Assembly: GCA_023413605.1 (NCBI GenBank) | Contig: JAEZPL010000722.1 | Coordinates: forward strand, 1-60,937 | Direction of reading: 5' to 3' | From: Pseudomonadota bacterium | GTDB lineage: Bacteria > Pseudomonadota > Alphaproteobacteria > Azospirillales > Azospirillaceae | Length of the DNA stretch: 60,937 nucleotides | The notes under the pieces: generated by a model | What the model saw: the letters and a program-made list of their open reading frames with translations, nothing else | Databases searched by the model: none | Told to the model about the DNA's origin: nothing | Part shown: piece after piece, positions 59,041 through 60,937 of the stretch | Layout of the letters: every line of letters begins with the position of its first letter | Numbering within the stretch: the first letter of the stretch is position 1 | Made by a program: the position numbers and the translations under genes

Positions 59041-59825
59041 GCGCGGCGGCGCCGGCCGTGCCGGTCGAACCGGCCAATGCGACGGCCCCGGTTGACGCGA
59101 TCATTTTCGCCGGGGGACGCGGCACGCGCCTCGCCTCGGTGGTCTCCGACGTGCCGAAGCCGCTGGCACCGGTCGCCGGGCGTCCTTTCCTCGACCATCT
59201 GCTCGATGCTTACGCGGCCAGCGGCGCCGTCCGCCGCGTCGTCCTGGCGCTTGGCCATCTGGCCGAGGCCGTGATCCGGCACTACAAAACGGCACCGCCG
59301 TCGCTGCCGCTGGATTGGGTCGTGGAGTCCGAACCGCTCGGCACAGGGGGCGCGCTGCTGAACGCGCTGCCCGCCACCACCGGCAGCACGGTCCTGGTCG
59401 CCAACGGCGACAGTCTGATCGAAATGGACATTCCCGCCCTTCTGGCCCACCACCGGGCCAGCGGCGCCGGCCTCACCCTGGCGCTGACCGAGGTGGACGA
59501 TGTCGGCCGCTTCGGGCGCGTGTTGCTGGACGGCTCGCGGGTGACCGGCTTCGCGGAAAAGTCGGCCGACGGCGGTCGTGGCGCCATCAACGCCGGCGTC
59601 TATGTCCTGGACCGTACCGTGCTCGCCGGCCTGCCGGCAGGCCCGTTGTCCATGGAGATGGACATCATTCCCAGGCTGATCGTCGAGGGCCGGGTGCAGG
59701 CGGTCGTCTTCCGGGGGGCCTTCATCGACATCGGTCTGCCGGCAACCTATGCGGAGGCTCCGGCCTTCGTGGAACGGCTGCGCCGGCGCATGGCGGACGG
59801 CACGGCTCAGCCGGGTACGGAATAG
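59037..59825 (+). CDS. hddC: Heptose-1-phosphate guanylyltransferase-like nucleotidyltransferase
   Basis: 'AGGRGTRL..VVSDVPKPLAPVAGRPFL', 'EPLGTGGA', 'NGDS', 'FIDIG.P..Y'; context with gmhA and hddA. Confidence 0.85.
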   Translation: MSAAAPAVPVEPANATAPVDAIIFAGGRGTRLASVVSDVPKPLAPVAGRPFLDHLLDAYAASGAVRRVVLALGHLAEAVIRHYKTAPPSLPLDWVVESEPLGTGGALLNALPATTGSTVLVANGDSLIEMDIPALLAHHRASGAGLTLALTEVDDVGRFGRVLLDGSRVTGFAEKSADGGRGAINAGVYVLDRTVLAGLPAGPLSMEMDIIPRLIVEGRVQAVVFRGAFIDIGLPATYAEAPAFVERLRRRMADGTAQPGTE

Positions 59826-59882
59826 GGGGCGGGCTCCCACCCGTCCGTTCAGTCGCGACATCTCGACACACGGGGAACTCCC

Positions 59883-60815
59883 ATGCGCATTCTAGTCACC
59901 GGCGGCGCCGGCTACATCGGGTCGATCCTGGTTCCCACCCTCCTGAGCGCCGGCCACGAGGTCACCGTCCTCGACGTCTTCACCGAGGGCGGCACGCAGC
60001 TTGCCGAAGCCTGCCGTTATCCGGGCTTCACCGCGGTGCGCGGCGACGCGCGCGACGCGCGCCAGCTCGACGCCCTGGTGCCCAAGGCCGACTGCGTGAT
60101 CCCGCTGGCCGCCCTGGTCGGTGCCCCGCTGTGCAGCCGCGACCAGATCGGCGCGACCTCGCTCAACCGCGACGCCATCCTGGCCCTGGTGAAGCGGATC
60201 GGCAAGGAGCAGAAGATCATCTACCCGACCACCAACTCCGGTTACGGCGTGGGTGAGAAGGACGGGTTCTGCACCGAAGAGTCGCCGCTGCGCCCGATCT
60301 CGCTCTACGGCACGACGAAGGTGGAGGCCGAGCAGGCGATCCTGGAGTCCGGCAACGGCATCACCCTGCGCCTGGCCACCGTCTTCGGCATTTCGCCGCG
60401 CATGCGCATCGACCTGCTGGTCAACGACTTCACCTACCGTGCGGTGACCGACCGCGCCGTGGTCATCTTCGAAGGCCACTTCCGTCGCAACTACATCCAT
60501 GTGCGCGACGTCGCGAAGGCCTTCATGCACGCACTGGCCAACTACGAGACGATGAACGGGCAGCCCTACAACGTCGGCCTGTCCACCGCGAACCTGACGA
60601 AGCTGGAGCTGTGCGAGCGGATCAAGCAGCAGGTGCCGGCCTTCACCTTCCTGGAGTCCGCCATCGGCGAGGACCCGGACAAGCGCGACTACATCGTCTC
60701 CAACGCCAAGATCGAGGCCACGGGCTATGCCCCCGACTGGTCGCTGGACGACGGCATCAGCGAACTGATCAAGGGCTACACCATGATCCGCAACGGCCGC
60801 TTCTCCAACGTCTGA
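59883..60815 (+). CDS. NAD-dependent SDR resembling C. jejuni Cj1427 (GDP-D-glycero-D-manno-heptose C4 dehydrogenase)
   Basis: 'IPLAALVGAPLC', 'YP.TNSGYG.GEKD..CTEESPLRPIS', 'RLATVFGISPRMR.DLLVNDFTYRA', 'IGEDPDKRDY'. Confidence 0.85.
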   Translation: MRILVTGGAGYIGSILVPTLLSAGHEVTVLDVFTEGGTQLAEACRYPGFTAVRGDARDARQLDALVPKADCVIPLAALVGAPLCSRDQIGATSLNRDAILALVKRIGKEQKIIYPTTNSGYGVGEKDGFCTEESPLRPISLYGTTKVEAEQAILESGNGITLRLATVFGISPRMRIDLLVNDFTYRAVTDRAVVIFEGHFRRNYIHVRDVAKAFMHALANYETMNGQPYNVGLSTANLTKLELCERIKQQVPAFTFLESAIGEDPDKRDYIVSNAKIEATGYAPDWSLDDGISELIKGYTMIRNGRFSNV

Positions 60816-60856
60816 TACCGAAGGCGTTTGATGAGTTCCATCAAACGCCTTCGGTA
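60816..60856. repeat. Perfect 18-bp inverted repeat (terminator or REP-like palindrome)
   Basis: TACCGAAGGCGTTTGATG-agttc-CATCAAACGCCTTCGGTA, starting immediately after the stop codon. Confidence 0.85.
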
Positions 60857-60937
60857 CAAACCCGACAGCACATTGCACAGCAATGTGCGAGAGGGGCATA
60901 CGGCCGGCCGATCATGGAACTCTTCATGCGCCGGCCG

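Overview
GC-rich window, most likely from an alphaproteobacterium; codon style and gene content suggest Azospirillum/Rhodospirillaceae, possibly a plasmid (inference). It is almost entirely a surface-glycan locus. Nucleotide-sugar pathways: rmlCBDA (dTDP-L-rhamnose), gmd/fcl (GDP-L-fucose) with wzm/wzt export, two WecB-type 2-epimerases, and a split GDP-heptose pathway (hddA, gmhA, hddC, a Cj1427/WcaG-like C4 dehydrogenase, an Fcl-like enzyme and a further SDR). A 25-kb tailoring island (4.6-29.5 kb) holds GT4s, two AsnB-type amidotransferases, five intact SAM methyltransferases plus one broken one, a deacetylase, a FemAB-like transferase, a HAD protein, and TPR and GSCFA proteins. Also present: a type I secretion ABC/MFP pair with a Sel1-repeat gene, and an LtaS-like sulfatase-TPR fusion facing a DAG-kinase-family gene. 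Most unexpected is an orphan three-gene phage fibre-like module (51.3-52.7 kb) with no other phage genes. Next to it, an AT-rich DUF1796 peptidase gene sits between two copies of a ~95-bp duplicated gene junction. Relics not visible in the ORF track include an internally deleted IS3 with both inverted repeats, an IS6 fragment, a WcaE-like GT2 pseudogene and two long perfect palindromes. No rRNA, tRNA or CRISPR array was seen. All family calls are by motif recognition, without database searches.
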